A stretch of 63,973 nucleotides of DNA, filler included, from Actinomycetota bacterium (GTDB lineage Bacteria; Actinomycetota; Actinomycetes; JAKEEW01): NCBI GenBank assembly GCA_046725875.1. It is 5 parts of 5 records of this genome, joined end to end, with 100 filler letters (N's around TTAATTAATTAA, not from the genome) between each part and the next. Parts side by side here need not be neighbours in the genome. Positions count along the whole stretch, not along the records: positions 29,140 to 50,558 come from JBKOZJ010000139.1; 4 more parts are not named here. One strand, given 5' to 3'. A program made the position numbers and the translations under genes. Positions within the stretch are counted from its first letter, which is position 1. Each line of letters starts with the position of its first letter. Shown one piece after another: positions 29,140 to 41,893 of the stretch. The notes beneath the pieces are model-generated. The model saw only the letters and a program-made list of their open reading frames with translations, did no database searches and had not been told where the DNA came from.

Positions 29140-29523
29140 ATCGAACCCGGCGAGGACGGCACGAGCTACCAGGATCAGACCGGCGACTATGGCGGCAGCG
29201 ACGGTGAGCAGTCCCCGGATGCCGGGTCGTCGAGCGATCCGGCGGGCGACGATCCGACTGCTACACCGACCAGCGATCCGTCCAGTGCGCCGACCGGCGA
29301 CGATGGCCTATCGCCGACGCCCACGCCAGCCGGCTCCCCGACCGCTGCCGTCTCCCCACCACCAACGCCCCAGCCGACGGCCTCGGCAAGCATGTCAGCG
29401 GACGCCGTCGCGGCACCCGATCCACCTACTCCGGCCACCGACCCGGGCAGCGGGGGGTTAGCGCATCGACCTCAGTTGGGCGACGATGAAGCTAACTCAT
29501 CCCAGGAGGGAACCGAGCCCTAG
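29140..29523 (+). CDS. Pro/Ser/Thr/Asp-rich C-terminus of a 5'-truncated protein
   Basis: Open frame IEPGEDGTSYQDQTG..PTPTPAGSPT..GTEP*. Confidence 0.6.
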   Translation: MEPGEDGTSYQDQTGDYGGSDGEQSPDAGSSSDPAGDDPTATPTSDPSSAPTGDDGLSPTPTPAGSPTAAVSPPPTPQPTASASMSADAVAAPDPPTPATDPGSGGLAHRPQLGDDEANSSQEGTEP

Positions 29524-29597
29524 CTGCGACACTGGTCGTAGCCAGGGACGGCCTGCAGATAGCGTCCTGGGTGGCGTCGATGAGTGCCCGGGGGTGA

Positions 29598-31091
<1,494 letters not shown>

Positions 31092-31143
31092 CCTCACGAG
31101 CGGCCGGTACCACGGGTCGCGATGCTGTGAGGAGGTCCGCGGC

Positions 31144-32262
31144 GTGGCTGAGGTAGAGATTGGGCGGGGGAAGCGCGGCCGGGAAGCGTACGCCTTCGAC
31201 GACGTGGCGGTGGTCCCGTCCCGGCGTACCCGTGACCCAGAGGAGGTGTCGATCGCCTGGCAGATCGACGCGTATCGCTTCGAGCTGCCCCTGATGGTGC
31301 CGCCCATGGACTCGGTGGTCTCGCCTGCCTCGGCGGTCGCGATCGGCCGACTCGGTGGGCTCGGCGTACTCAACCTCGAGGGCCTGTGGACCCGCTACAC
31401 AGATCCGGAGCCGCTCCTGGACGAGATCGCCTGGCTCGACGACCAAGATGTGATCGGCCGGATGCAGCAGATCTATGCGGAGCCCATCAAGGAAGAGCTG
31501 ATCGCTGCGCGGATCGGCGAGATCCGCGACGCGGGACTCACCGTCGCCGCGGCGCTTTCGCCGCAGCGCACCGCGCAGCTTTGGAAGCCGGTTGTCGACG
31601 CGGGCGTCGATATCTTTGTGATTCGCGGCACGACCGTGTCCGCCGAGCATGTATCGGGCCGGGCGGAGCCGCTCAACCTCAAACAGTTCATCTACGAGCT
31701 CGACGTCCCAGTCATCGTCGGTGGCTGTGTGACCTACCAGGCCGCGTTGCACCTGATGCGCACCGGCGCGGCCGGTGTGCTCGTCGGCTTTGGCGGCGGA
31801 TCTGCGCACACGACGCGGGACGTCCTCGGCGTCGCGGTGCCAATGGCGACCGCGGTCGCCGATGTCGCCGCAGCCCGGCGCGACTATCTCGACGAGTCCG
31901 GTGGGCGTTATGTCCATGTCATCGCCGACGGCGGCATGACCATGAGTGGGCATATCACCAAGGCGATCGCCTGCGGCGCGGACGCCGTAATGATTGGATC
32001 GCCCCTCGCGCGAGCGAGCGAGGCGCCGGGCCGCGGCTGGCACTGGGGATCCGAGGCGCACCATCCCGAACTGCCCCGCGGGATGCGGATGCATGTGGGG
32101 ACCGTCGGGACGCTCCAGCAGATCCTACTCGGGCCTTCGACAGTGCCGGATGGGTCGATGAACTTGTTCGGGGCGCTTCGCCGGGCGATGGCCACGACAG
32201 GCTACTCCGACCTCAAGGAGTTCCAGCGCGTCGAAATGATGGTGCTTTCCCAGTCACACTGA
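31144..32262 (+). CDS. guaB3: GuaB3-family IMPDH-related protein
   Basis: EVEIGRGK..PSRRTRDP..YVHVIADGG; follows guaB. Confidence 0.93.
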   Translation: MAEVEIGRGKRGREAYAFDDVAVVPSRRTRDPEEVSIAWQIDAYRFELPLMVPPMDSVVSPASAVAIGRLGGLGVLNLEGLWTRYTDPEPLLDEIAWLDDQDVIGRMQQIYAEPIKEELIAARIGEIRDAGLTVAAALSPQRTAQLWKPVVDAGVDIFVIRGTTVSAEHVSGRAEPLNLKQFIYELDVPVIVGGCVTYQAALHLMRTGAAGVLVGFGGGSAHTTRDVLGVAVPMATAVADVAAARRDYLDESGGRYVHVIADGGMTMSGHITKAIACGADAVMIGSPLARASEAPGRGWHWGSEAHHPELPRGMRMHVGTVGTLQQILLGPSTVPDGSMNLFGALRRAMATTGYSDLKEFQRVEMMVLSQSH

Positions 32263-32404
32263 CCGTCTCAGCTCTACGCCACCTTGCGCCGCTCCACGGC
32301 CCGGACCGGGATTCAGATTGGAGAAATCCGGCGGCGCAGGCCCACTACTTGGCATAAAGCGGGGCATGGGGCGTGGAGTGGCGCTGGTGGGTGGTGTTGA
32401 GAAC

Positions 32405-33004
32405 TCAGACCGTCTCGGTACGGGTGGCGTCCTCCTCCGCCAGAATGCGGTAGAGCCGCCGCCGGGTGTCGGCGAGCACGGTCTTCGCCTCTTCGGTCTG
32501 AGCGGGCGTGGCCACATGGGCGAGCTGGCCGACCGCCATCCCCACCTGGCGCATCAGGTGGAAGAGCTGGACCGTGTCCTCGTTGATGGCGTTCGTCAAG
32601 GCCTGCCAGGGCGCGGCGAGCTCATCGGCATGCTCCTCGGCGTACGCGCGGCCTGCATCGGTCAGCCGATACTGCCTGCGTGCGCCGCCGCCCTCAACGG
32701 TCTCCACGAGACCTTCGTCTTCGAGCTGCTGGAGTGTCGGGTAAACCGAGCCTGGGCTGGGCCGCCACATACCCTCGCTGCGCTGAGCGAGCTCCTGGAT
32801 GAGCTGATAGCCGTTGCGCGGCTCCTCCGCGAGCAGCGACAGGATCGCGGCTCGGACGTCACCCCGCCGGACCCGCGGTCGGCCGCCAAACGGCGGGCGA
32901 CCACCCAGCGGGAAGCCGAACTCTGCGAACATCTCAAGGCCGCGCCGGCCGAAGGGCGAATGCTGGCGCCCCCAGCCGCCGCGGCTCCTTCCTCGTCCGT
33001 GCAT
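32405..33004 (-). CDS. PadR-family regulator
   Basis: RRGDVRAAIL..WRPSPGSVYPTL..RRRLYRILAE. Confidence 0.93.
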   Translation of the reverse strand: MHGRGRSRGGWGRQHSPFGRRGLEMFAEFGFPLGGRPPFGGRPRVRRGDVRAAILSLLAEEPRNGYQLIQELAQRSEGMWRPSPGSVYPTLQQLEDEGLVETVEGGGARRQYRLTDAGRAYAEEHADELAAPWQALTNAINEDTVQLFHLMRQVGMAVGQLAHVATPAQTEEAKTVLADTRRRLYRILAEEDATRTETV

Positions 33005-33051
33005 GAGTCGATCTCCTTCTCGTAGTGATTCGATCGTTCACGATGTGCTAA

Positions 33052-33061
33052 CGATATATCG
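33052..33061. promoter_or_regulatory. Palindrome upstream of padR, possible operator
   Basis: CGATATATCG. Confidence 0.45.
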
Positions 33062-33206
33062 GAGACGACTCAGATGCAACTGCTTCAATCGACTGATCTT
33101 TGATCATTAAGAGGTCGGGAGTGCATCGCCCGCCAGGAGGGCCGGGTGCGCCGCTCTGATGCGGGAGCATTGAGGAGGGGCAGTCGATCGACCTGCGAGG
33201 GAACGC

Positions 33207-34919
33207 GTGACCGCTCGGCTCGGGCCCGTGCAGCGCGAGGCCGCGCTGTCTGCCATGTCGGATGGCCACGAACTCGACGTGCTGGTGCTCGGCGGCGGCG
33301 TGGTGGGGGCCGGGACGGCAGTGGACGCCGTAACCCGGGGCCTCGATACCGCCTTGGTGGAGGCGCGGGACTGGGCGTCCGGCACCTCGTCACGGTCGAG
33401 CAAACTGATCCACGGCGGGCTGCGCTATCTCGAGATGCTCGACTTCGGGCTGGTTCGCGAGGCACTGCGGGAACGATCGTTGCTGCTCAGGGAGCTCGCA
33501 CCACATCTGGTTCGCCCAGTGCCGTTCCTCTTCCCGCTGACCCACTACGGCTGGGAGCGGACCTATGTCGGCGCCGGCGTCGCGCTGTACGACGCCTTTG
33601 GACACGCGACCGGACGCTCCAGCGGCTTGCCGTACCACCGCCAGCTCACCAGGCGGCAGGCGCTGCGGCTGGTTCCCTCGTTGCGCCGGGACGCCCTCAC
33701 CGGCGCCGTCCAGTACTGGGACGCCAAGGTTGACGACGCGCGGCTGACCGTCACGCTCGTGCGTACTGCGGCGGCCTACGGTGCGCTGGTCGCCAACCGC
33801 GCCCGCGCCGTCGGCTTCCTCCGCGAGGGTGAGCGGGTGATCGGGGCGCGAGTGCACGACCTGGAGAGCGGCACCGTGTTCGACGTGCGGGCGAGGCAGG
33901 TCGTGAATGCGACAGGCGTCTGGACCGACGAGACGCAGGCGATGCTCGGTGCCCGCGGGCGAATCCACATCCGTGCATCGAAGGGCGTCCATCTCGTCGT
34001 GCCTAAGGACCGCATCCACTCGGCCACGGGCCTCCTCATGCGTACTGAGCGGTCTGTGCTCTTCGTCATCCCGTGGGGCCGGCATTGGGTTGTCGGAACG
34101 ACCGACACCGACTGGAACCTCGACAAGGCGCACCCGGCGGCGAGCCGCCGGGATATCGACTACCTGCTCGACCGGGTCAACGCAGTCTTGACCACCCCGC
34201 TGACCGGCGCCGATGTCGAAGGCGTGTACGCCGGCCTGCGGCCCCTGCTACGGGGCGAGACCGACGAGGCAACATCGAAGCTCTCAAGGGAGCACGTGGT
34301 CGCACATGCGGTGCCCGGCCTGGTGGTTGTTGCCGGTGGGAAACTGACCACCTACCGGGTGATGGCAAAGGACGCGGTCGACGCGGTTGCGCATGGACTC
34401 AGCCGCAAGGTGCCGCCGAGTTGCACGGAAGAGATCCCGCTGGTCGGCGCCGACGGCTTCCAGGCAATGTGGAACAACCGGCACCGCATCGCCGCGAGAT
34501 CGGGCCTGCATGTTGCCCGGATCGAGTATTTGCTACGCCGTTACGGCTCGCTGCTGCCCGAGGTGCTTGGGCTCGTCGCCGCCGACCCCACGCTGGCCGA
34601 GCCGGTCACCTTCGCCGAGGACTACTTGCGGACCGAGATCGTCTACGGCGCGACGCACGAAGGGGTACGCCACCTCGACGACGTACTTACCCGCAGAACG
34701 CACATCTCGATCGAAACCTTCGACCGTGGCGAGCGGTGTGCCGACGAGGCAGCCAGGCTGATTGCGCCCGTGCTTGGCTGGACGCCCCAGCAGATCGAGC
34801 GAGAGCTCAGCCACTACGCCATGCGGGTGGCTGCCGAACGCGAGTCGCAGCGCATGCCGGACGACCGCACCGCGGACTCGGCGCGATTGGGAGCACCCGA
34901 GATCGTTCCGGTCGAGTAG
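33207..34919 (+). CDS. glpD: FAD glycerol-3-phosphate dehydrogenase
   Basis: GTSSRSSKLIHGGLRYL, AGLRPL, GGKLTTYR. Confidence 0.95.
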   Translation: MTARLGPVQREAALSAMSDGHELDVLVLGGGVVGAGTAVDAVTRGLDTALVEARDWASGTSSRSSKLIHGGLRYLEMLDFGLVREALRERSLLLRELAPHLVRPVPFLFPLTHYGWERTYVGAGVALYDAFGHATGRSSGLPYHRQLTRRQALRLVPSLRRDALTGAVQYWDAKVDDARLTVTLVRTAAAYGALVANRARAVGFLREGERVIGARVHDLESGTVFDVRARQVVNATGVWTDETQAMLGARGRIHIRASKGVHLVVPKDRIHSATGLLMRTERSVLFVIPWGRHWVVGTTDTDWNLDKAHPAASRRDIDYLLDRVNAVLTTPLTGADVEGVYAGLRPLLRGETDEATSKLSREHVVAHAVPGLVVVAGGKLTTYRVMAKDAVDAVAHGLSRKVPPSCTEEIPLVGADGFQAMWNNRHRIAARSGLHVARIEYLLRRYGSLLPEVLGLVAADPTLAEPVTFAEDYLRTEIVYGATHEGVRHLDDVLTRRTHISIETFDRGERCADEAARLIAPVLGWTPQQIERELSHYAMRVAAERESQRMPDDRTADSARLGAPEIVPVE

Positions 34920-35074
34920 ACGGCCGCCGACCTCGGCTCAAGTTGCGGGCACGAGCGATGAAGTGCGTCTTACTCCAACCTGACACGCATGAGCGGCATC
35001 CCGACTCGGGCCTATCGGCTGAGGGTCTCCCCCCTTGCGGACAAAGCGGGCGCACGAGGTGTGTATTTCCTGAT

Positions 35075-35091
35075 CAACTCTGTCAGAGTTG
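35075..35091. promoter_or_regulatory. Palindrome upstream of the AI-2E/glpK genes
   Basis: caactctg-t-cagagttg. Confidence 0.35.
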
Positions 35092-35130
35092 TCCGAGGCG
35101 CAGAGTCCAGCGTCCTAGGGAGGTGGGGCA

Positions 35131-36378
35131 GTGGAGCCGGAGAGCCGGCCGGACGAGGTCGATCACGGTCCCGATGCGCCGAGCCAGGGCGGGGAGCCTC
35201 GCGAGCAAGTCCCGGCTGGACAGGCGAGCGGACGAGTGCGGACCGAGCAGCGTCCGAGCACGAGCGGGCGAGACGGTCATTTTCAGGAGCTGCACAGGCG
35301 GGGCGTTCCCTGGACGCTGCGAGCCGCCAGCGAATGGTCATGGCGTTATTTGGTCATCGCCGGCGCCGTCATACTGACCCTCTACCTCCTGGTCCGGCTG
35401 CGGCTGATCATCTTTCCGATCATCGTGGCGCTGTTCGTCACGGCGCTCCTCGGGCCGGCGGTCGATCGGGTCCAGGCGCGGGGAATGCGGCGCGGCCCGG
35501 CAACCGCGATCGTCTTTGTCGGCGGGATCATCCTCCTCGCGAGTGTCGGTCTTCTGATCGGCTGGGCGTTCGCCGACGGCTTCAGCGAGATGGCCGACAA
35601 CGTGCAGGAGGGCATCGACGACGCCAAGGAGTGGCTCGCCGGACCGCCGTTCCGGCTCACCGACCAGGACATCCAGCAGTTCGGCGACAACCTCCGGCAG
35701 ACGATCAGTCAGAACCGGGAACGCATCTTCTCCGGCGCCCTCGGGACCGTCAGCGTGGCTTTCGAGGTGCTTACCGGCGTTGTCCTGACGCTGTTCATCA
35801 CGTTCTTCTTCCTGTACGACGGCCGCCGCATCTGGCGCTGGGTCGCATCGCTGTTCCCGCGGCATTCGATCCCATACGTGCTCGAGTCCGGGCAGCGGGC
35901 ATGGACGACGCTCGTGGGCTACGTGCGTGGCACGCTTCTCATCGCACTTGTTGACGGCACCTTCATCGCGCTCGTCCTGGCCGTCTTGCGGGTCCCGCTG
36001 GCGATCCCTCTGGGGGCGTTCGTGTTCTTCGGCGCGTTCGTCCCGCTCGTCGGCGCGACCGTCACCGGCGCGGTCGCCGTACTCGTCGCACTGGTCACCA
36101 AGGGCTGGGTCACGGCCCTGCTTGTCCTCGCTGGGATCATCGCGGTCCAGCAGCTCGAGGGGCACATCCTGCAGCCGTTCGTACTCGGCCGGTTCGTTCG
36201 GGTGCACCCGCTCGCAGTCGTCCTCGCCATCACGGCGGGCGCCGTCCTGGGCGGCATCGGCGGCGCCGTGATCGCCGTACCGATCGTCGCGATCGCCAAC
36301 GCGATCGGGAAGTACTTCGTCGAGCTCGCCCGGGAGGCTGCTGCGCCCGCCGAGGACGAGCAGCGTTCCGAGGCCTAG
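35131..36378 (+). CDS. AI-2E family transporter
   Basis: [29 protein letters not shown]. Confidence 0.92.
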   Translation: MEPESRPDEVDHGPDAPSQGGEPREQVPAGQASGRVRTEQRPSTSGRDGHFQELHRRGVPWTLRAASEWSWRYLVIAGAVILTLYLLVRLRLIIFPIIVALFVTALLGPAVDRVQARGMRRGPATAIVFVGGIILLASVGLLIGWAFADGFSEMADNVQEGIDDAKEWLAGPPFRLTDQDIQQFGDNLRQTISQNRERIFSGALGTVSVAFEVLTGVVLTLFITFFFLYDGRRIWRWVASLFPRHSIPYVLESGQRAWTTLVGYVRGTLLIALVDGTFIALVLAVLRVPLAIPLGAFVFFGAFVPLVGATVTGAVAVLVALVTKGWVTALLVLAGIIAVQQLEGHILQPFVLGRFVRVHPLAVVLAITAGAVLGGIGGAVIAVPIVAIANAIGKYFVELAREAAAPAEDEQRSEA

Positions 36379-36386
36379 GGAAGTTA

Positions 36387-37898
36387 GTGGGAGACTTCGT
36401 CGGCGCGATCGACCAGGGTACGACGAGTACCCGCTTCATGGTGTTCGATCGTCGCGGCCGGGAGGTTGCCCGGCACCAAGTCGAGCACGCGCAGATCCTC
36501 CCGCAGGCCGGATGGGTCGAGCATGACCCGGTCGAGATCTGGGAATGCACGCACGCCGCAATCACGATCGCGCTGGACCGCGCCAGTCTCACCGCGGGCG
36601 ACCTCGCCGCGGTCGGCGTGACGAACCAGCGCGAGACCGTCGTCGTATGGGACCGCTACACGGGACGCCCCTACTCGAACGCGATCGTATGGCAGGACAC
36701 CAGGACCGCCGCGATCGTCGCGGAGCTCGAGGCAGACGGTCGGGGCGACGTCGTCCGGCACAAGACCGGATTGGTGCCGGCAACCTACTTCTCCGGCGGC
36801 AAGCTCGCCTGGCTCCTCCGCCGCCAGCCCGAGCTGCGGCGGGCCGCCGACCGAGGGGATGCGCTCGCTGGCACGGTCGACTCGTGGCTCCTGTGGAACC
36901 TGACCGGCGGGGCGAGCGGCGGCATCCACGCCACCGATGTGACCAACGCGAGCCGGACCATGCTCATGGGCCTGGCCAGCCTCGACTGGGACGAGGAGCT
37001 TCTGTCGTTCTTCGATGCGCCGCGGGCGATGCTGCCCGCGATCGTGCCTTCGGCACAGGTGTACGGGACCACGGCTGCGGACGGTCCATTCCGTGCCGAA
37101 GTGATCGTGGCCGCCGCCCTCGGGGACCAGCAGGCGGCAACCGTCGGCCAGGTGTGCTTCGCCCCCGGCGAGGCGAAGAACACCTACGGCACCGGCAACT
37201 TCCTGCTCCTCAACACGGGTACCGAGATCGTCCGCTCCAGTCATGGCCTACTCACGACCGTTTGCTATCGCTTCGGGGACGAGCCCGCGGTCTATGCACT
37301 GGAAGGCTCGATCGCGGTCACCGGCGCGGCCGTGCAGTGGTTGCGGGACCAGATCGGTGTTATCTCGACCGCCGCCGACATCGAAGAACTCGCCGGATCG
37401 GTGGCCGACTCCGACGGCGCCTATTTCGTGCCCGCATTCTCCGGGCTCTTCGCGCCCTACTGGCGGCCGGACGCTCGGGGCGCGATCGTCGGTCTGACCC
37501 GCTACCACACCGCGGCTCACATCGCGCGCGCGACGCTCGAGGCGATCTGCTACCAGACCCGTGACGTCGTCGCGGCGATGGAGCAGGACAGCGGCACCAA
37601 GCTCGACGTCCTTCGGGTTGACGGTGGGGTGACCGCGAACGCACTCTGCATGCAGCTGCAGGCCGACATCCTCGGCGTTCCCGTCATCCGGCCGAGGGTG
37701 GCGGAGACGACCGCGCTTGGCGCCTGCTACGCCGCGGGTCTCGCGGTCGGCTTCTGGTCCTCAATCGACGAACTGCGGGAGCAGTGGGCGGAGGACCGCC
37801 GGTGGATGCCCGGCTGGGACGCGACCCGGCGGGAACGCGGCTACCGCGGCTGGCTCAAAGCCGTCGACCGGACCCTCGGCTGGGTCCACGAACCCTAG
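36387..37898 (+). CDS. glpK: Glycerol kinase
   Basis: [37 protein letters not shown]. Confidence 0.97.
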   Translation: MGDFVGAIDQGTTSTRFMVFDRRGREVARHQVEHAQILPQAGWVEHDPVEIWECTHAAITIALDRASLTAGDLAAVGVTNQRETVVVWDRYTGRPYSNAIVWQDTRTAAIVAELEADGRGDVVRHKTGLVPATYFSGGKLAWLLRRQPELRRAADRGDALAGTVDSWLLWNLTGGASGGIHATDVTNASRTMLMGLASLDWDEELLSFFDAPRAMLPAIVPSAQVYGTTAADGPFRAEVIVAAALGDQQAATVGQVCFAPGEAKNTYGTGNFLLLNTGTEIVRSSHGLLTTVCYRFGDEPAVYALEGSIAVTGAAVQWLRDQIGVISTAADIEELAGSVADSDGAYFVPAFSGLFAPYWRPDARGAIVGLTRYHTAAHIARATLEAICYQTRDVVAAMEQDSGTKLDVLRVDGGVTANALCMQLQADILGVPVIRPRVAETTALGACYAAGLAVGFWSSIDELREQWAEDRRWMPGWDATRRERGYRGWLKAVDRTLGWVHEP

Positions 37899-38022
37899 GC
37901 AGGCGCAGGCACCGGCGGGGGCTAGCGTCGGTGACCTTCCAGTCGGGCGACTGTGGAGACCGTGGCCACCCCGGTGAGAGGGTAGGGAGCAGGAGCAGCG
38001 ACTCGGGCCGTAGGAGGCGGGC

Positions 38023-39408
38023 ATGACTGAGCGAAGAGAGGTCATCGTCGTCGGGATGGGCCCGGGTGGCGAGGACGCGGCCGGCCAGCTTGCCGAGGCA
38101 GGGTTGGACGTCCTGGGCATCGAAGCGAAGTTGCTCGGCGGCGAATGCCCCTACTGGGCCTGTGTGCCGACCAAGATGATGATCCGCGCGGCGAACCTAC
38201 TCGCCGATGGCCGGCGGATCCCTGGGATGGCGGGGACGTCGACGGTGACACCCGACTGGGCGCCAGTCGCCCGGCGGATTAGGGACGAAGCGACCGACAC
38301 CTGGGACGACCAGGTCGCCGTGGACCGGTTCGTCAAGAAGGGCGGTCACTTCCTGCGCGGCCGCGCGCGCGTGGTCGGGCCACGTTCCGTCGAGGTCGAC
38401 GGGACTGTGTACGAGGCCACGCGGGCCCTGGTCATCAATACGGGGACAGATCCGTCGGTACCGCCCATCGACGGTCTCGCCGGAACGCCGTACTGGACAA
38501 ACCGCCAAGCGGTCGAGACCGAGAGCGTCTCGGAGACGCTCGCGATCCTCGGCGGTGGGTCGGTCGGTGTCGAGTTTGGTCAAGTCTTCGCCCGCTTCGG
38601 CGCACGCGTCACCATTATCGAGTCGACCGATCGGCTGCTCTCGATGGAGGAGCCGGAGTCGAGCGACGTTGCGGCCGAGTCCCTTGCCCGCGACGGAGTC
38701 ACAATCCATCTGAACCGGGCAGCTCGCGAGGTCTCGTTCGACCCGAACGGCGGCTTCGTCGTCACGCTCGACGGCCACGGACGAGCAGAATCGGCAAGCC
38801 CAGAGCGGGTGCAGGCCGAGCGGCTGCTCGTGGCGACGGGGCGCCACACGAACCTGCCCGCGCTTGGTGTCTCCGCGCTCGGCGTGGCAGAGGATGCGCG
38901 GTTCCTGCCAATCGACGACCACTGCCGGGTCGGCGACGGTGTTTGGGCGATCGGCGACGTCACTGGAAAGGGCGAGTTCACTCATGTGTCGATGTACCAG
39001 GCCGCCATCGTCGTGCGTGACATCCTTGGTCAGCCCGGCCCGCCGGCCGACTACCGGGCCCTGCCCCGGGTCACGTTCACTGATCCGGAGATCGGTGCTG
39101 TCGGCATGACCGAGGCTCAAGCCCAAGAGCACGGTCTACCCGTGCAGGTTGGCGTCACGCAGGTCCCGTCGACGGCGCGTGGCTGGATCCATAAGGTGGG
39201 GAACGAGGGCTTCATCAAGCTCATCGCGGACGCGAACCGCGGCATCCTTGTCGGCGCGACCTCAGTAGGCCCGGTGGGCGGTGAGGTGCTGAGCGCGCTC
39301 GCCGTCGCAATCCATGGTGAGGTGCCGGTCGAGCGACTACGGCACATGATCTATGCCTATCCGACCTTCCATCGCGGCATCGAAGACGCCCTGCGCGCGC
39401 TGACCTAG
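38023..39408 (+). CDS. Pyridine nucleotide-disulfide oxidoreductase (Lpd/MerA-like)
   Basis: GGECPYWACVPTK redox motif; YAYPTF C-terminus; no MerA C-terminal CC. Confidence 0.9.
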   Translation: MTERREVIVVGMGPGGEDAAGQLAEAGLDVLGIEAKLLGGECPYWACVPTKMMIRAANLLADGRRIPGMAGTSTVTPDWAPVARRIRDEATDTWDDQVAVDRFVKKGGHFLRGRARVVGPRSVEVDGTVYEATRALVINTGTDPSVPPIDGLAGTPYWTNRQAVETESVSETLAILGGGSVGVEFGQVFARFGARVTIIESTDRLLSMEEPESSDVAAESLARDGVTIHLNRAAREVSFDPNGGFVVTLDGHGRAESASPERVQAERLLVATGRHTNLPALGVSALGVAEDARFLPIDDHCRVGDGVWAIGDVTGKGEFTHVSMYQAAIVVRDILGQPGPPADYRALPRVTFTDPEIGAVGMTEAQAQEHGLPVQVGVTQVPSTARGWIHKVGNEGFIKLIADANRGILVGATSVGPVGGEVLSALAVAIHGEVPVERLRHMIYAYPTFHRGIEDALRALT

Positions 39409-39417
39409 CCAAGTCCA

Positions 39418-40263
39418 ATGTCTCCGCCGCTTCGGTCGGCATCACGGCGCTCCTCAGGGAGACCTGTCGCACGCAAGCCTGGGTGTCCAAGTCAGGGCAC
39501 ACCGGCTGATCGTTTCGGAGAACCGCCCACCGAACCGGACCTGGCCCTGGTCGCGAGCGCCCCGGTCGATGCTCCACCCCGGAGGTCAGCCATCGCGGCC
39601 TTGCTGCTTGCCGTGTCGCTGGCTGCGTTCGGCGCTCTCGCGGGTTTGTCGGTCAGGCTCGTCACAGTCGACGAGGAGACCGATGCACTTCGCGAGCTGC
39701 GGGCAGAGTCCCCACCTGCTTTCGTGTCCACGATGCGGACGGTGAGTGCGGTAGGCGGCGGGACCGGTGTGACCGCGGTCGCGATCGCCGTTGCCGTTTG
39801 GCTGCTGCTTCGGCGGATGCCTGCGATGGCGGCCGTGTTCGCTGTCATGATGGTCGGCCCATCCCTCAACGGCTTGCTTAAAGTCCTCTTCGATCGGGAA
39901 CGGCCCGATCTTTGGGCCGGGCCGACACCGTTCTCCGGCTTGGCGTTTCCTAGCGGCCACGCCATGAGCTCTGCGACCTTGGTCGCCGCGCTCGTCGCTC
40001 TCACCTGGCCCAGCCGCTGGCGATGGCCGGTCCTCCTCGTCGGCGGCGCCGGGGCATTTATCGTCGGCCTGTCCCGGCTCGTGCTCGGCGCTCACTACCC
40101 CACCGACGTCCTCGGCGGCTGGGCGTTCGCGGTCGCCTGGGTCAGCGGGGTCTATCTTGCCGCCGGATCTGTTCGTGACCCGCGTTCGCGGCTGGGCGAC
40201 CGGTCGGCTTCGAATGCCTCTTCATCCTCGGCTCCGAGAGGGTTACTTGCGAGTATTCCGTGA
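39418..40263 (+). CDS. PAP2-family phosphatase
   Basis: KxxxxRxRP, FPSGH, SRxxLGxHYPTD; start uncertain. Confidence 0.88.
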   Translation: MSPPLRSASRRSSGRPVARKPGCPSQGTPADRFGEPPTEPDLALVASAPVDAPPRRSAIAALLLAVSLAAFGALAGLSVRLVTVDEETDALRELRAESPPAFVSTMRTVSAVGGGTGVTAVAIAVAVWLLLRRMPAMAAVFAVMMVGPSLNGLLKVLFDRERPDLWAGPTPFSGLAFPSGHAMSSATLVAALVALTWPSRWRWPVLLVGGAGAFIVGLSRLVLGAHYPTDVLGGWAFAVAWVSGVYLAAGSVRDPRSRLGDRSASNASSSSAPRGLLASIP

Positions 40264-40291
40264 CGCTGGGCCGGAAACGTACTCTTCGGGC

Positions 40292-41893
40292 ATGGCCGCG
40301 CAAACGAGCATGGGGACCGTGCCAGACCGGCCGCCGTCGGTCACCGACGAGCGCGTCCGGAGGCTGATCGGCCGCATCACCGCCGGGGCGGCCGGACAGC
40401 CAACGAAGATGGCCACCACATATGCGCCCTACACGGCGGAACTAATCGCCGAAGTCCCACAATCGAGCGTCGAGGATGTTGCGGCCGCGTTCGCCCGGGC
40501 CCGCGCCGCCCAGCGGGAGTGGGCGAAGCGGCCGGTCGCCGACCGCGCTCGGGTGGTCCTCAGGTTCCACGACCTGCTCCTGAAGCGCCAGGACGAGGTC
40601 ATGGATCTGGTCCAGTGGGAGACCGGCAAGGCCCGCAAGGACGCCTTTGCCGAGGTGATGGGCCCGCTCGTGGTTGCCCGGCACTACGGGAGGCGGGCCG
40701 GTAGGCTGCTCGGGCCCCGCCGCGCGCTCGGTCTCTTCCCCGGCCTGACCAAGGCGTGGGAGCTACGCCATCCCAAGGGCGTGGTGAGCATCATCTCGCC
40801 CTGGAATTACCCGTTCGAGCTCACCGCGTCGGACGCGATCCCGGCATTTCTCGCCGGTAACGGCGTGGTCTCCAAGCCAGACACGCAGACGGTCCTCACC
40901 GCGCTGTGGGCCCAGGAGCTGATGGAGCAGGCGGGCCTGCCGCCGCCGCTGTGGCAGATCGTGGCCGGCGACGGCCCGGTCATCGGTCCCGCCGTCGTGG
41001 AGCATGCCGACTACGTGAGCTTCACCGGGTCCACCCGGACCGGCCGGGAGATCGCCACCCGCGCCGCGGCGGCCCTCATTGGTGCATCGCTGGAGCTGGG
41101 CGGGAAGAACGCCATGATCGTCCTTCCGGACGTTGACCTCGACCGGACCGTGGCCGGCGCCGTCGATGCGTCCTTCTCCAACACGGGCCAGCTGTGCGTC
41201 GGGATGGAGCGTCTCTACGTCCACGAGCGGCTGTACGACACATTCACGCAGCGGTTCGCCGCGGCGGCGAACCGATTGCGGCTCGGCGCCACGTACGACT
41301 TCACCGTCGACATGGGCTCGCTCACCTCGGCGAACCAGCTGGAGAAGGTCAAGCAGCACGTTCAGGACGCGAAGGCCAAGGGCGCTACGGTGCTCGCCGG
41401 AGGTAGCCCGCGCCCCGACCTCGGCCCGTACTTCTACGAGCCCACGATTCTTGCCAACGTCGGCCCACACATGACCGTCTGCACCGAGGAGACCTTCGGG
41501 CCGGTGGTATCCGTGTACAAGTACCGCGACGTCAACGAGGTCATTGAGCGGGCGAACAACACGCCCTACGGTCTCAACGCGAGCGTCTGGACGCGCGACC
41601 CGAGACTTGGCCGGCGCGTCGCCGCCCGGCTGCACGCCGGCACGGTCGGAGTGAACGACGGCTTCGTGGCGAGCTACGGGACGATCGGCGCCCCAATGGG
41701 TGGGATGAAGGACAGCGGCATCGGCCGCCGGCATGGACGAGACGGCTTGCTGCGTTTCACCGAGCCGCAAACGGTCGCCGTCCAGCGCCTCGTGGTCGGC
41801 GCCGAGCCGCCGTCGCGGCGTATCTCGTACGACCGCTGGCGCCGGCTGGTGAGCCTTGGTCTAGGTGCGCTGAAGCGCATGCGGGTCCCGTGA
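40292..41893 (+). CDS. Succinate-semialdehyde dehydrogenase-like ALDH
   Basis: SPWNYP, FTGST, LELGGKN, GQLC, EETFGP. Confidence 0.92.
   Translation: MAAQTSMGTVPDRPPSVTDERVRRLIGRITAGAAGQPTKMATTYAPYTAELIAEVPQSSVEDVAAAFARARAAQREWAKRPVADRARVVLRFHDLLLKRQDEVMDLVQWETGKARKDAFAEVMGPLVVARHYGRRAGRLLGPRRALGLFPGLTKAWELRHPKGVVSIISPWNYPFELTASDAIPAFLAGNGVVSKPDTQTVLTALWAQELMEQAGLPPPLWQIVAGDGPVIGPAVVEHADYVSFTGSTRTGREIATRAAAALIGASLELGGKNAMIVLPDVDLDRTVAGAVDASFSNTGQLCVGMERLYVHERLYDTFTQRFAAAANRLRLGATYDFTVDMGSLTSANQLEKVKQHVQDAKAKGATVLAGGSPRPDLGPYFYEPTILANVGPHMTVCTEETFGPVVSVYKYRDVNEVIERANNTPYGLNASVWTRDPRLGRRVAARLHAGTVGVNDGFVASYGTIGAPMGGMKDSGIGRRHGRDGLLRFTEPQTVAVQRLVVGAEPPSRRISYDRWRRLVSLGLGALKRMRVP

Noticed and set aside
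38023..39408. Mercuric reductase call
   Set aside because: No C-terminal Cys pair, no metal-binding domain and no mer genes nearby.
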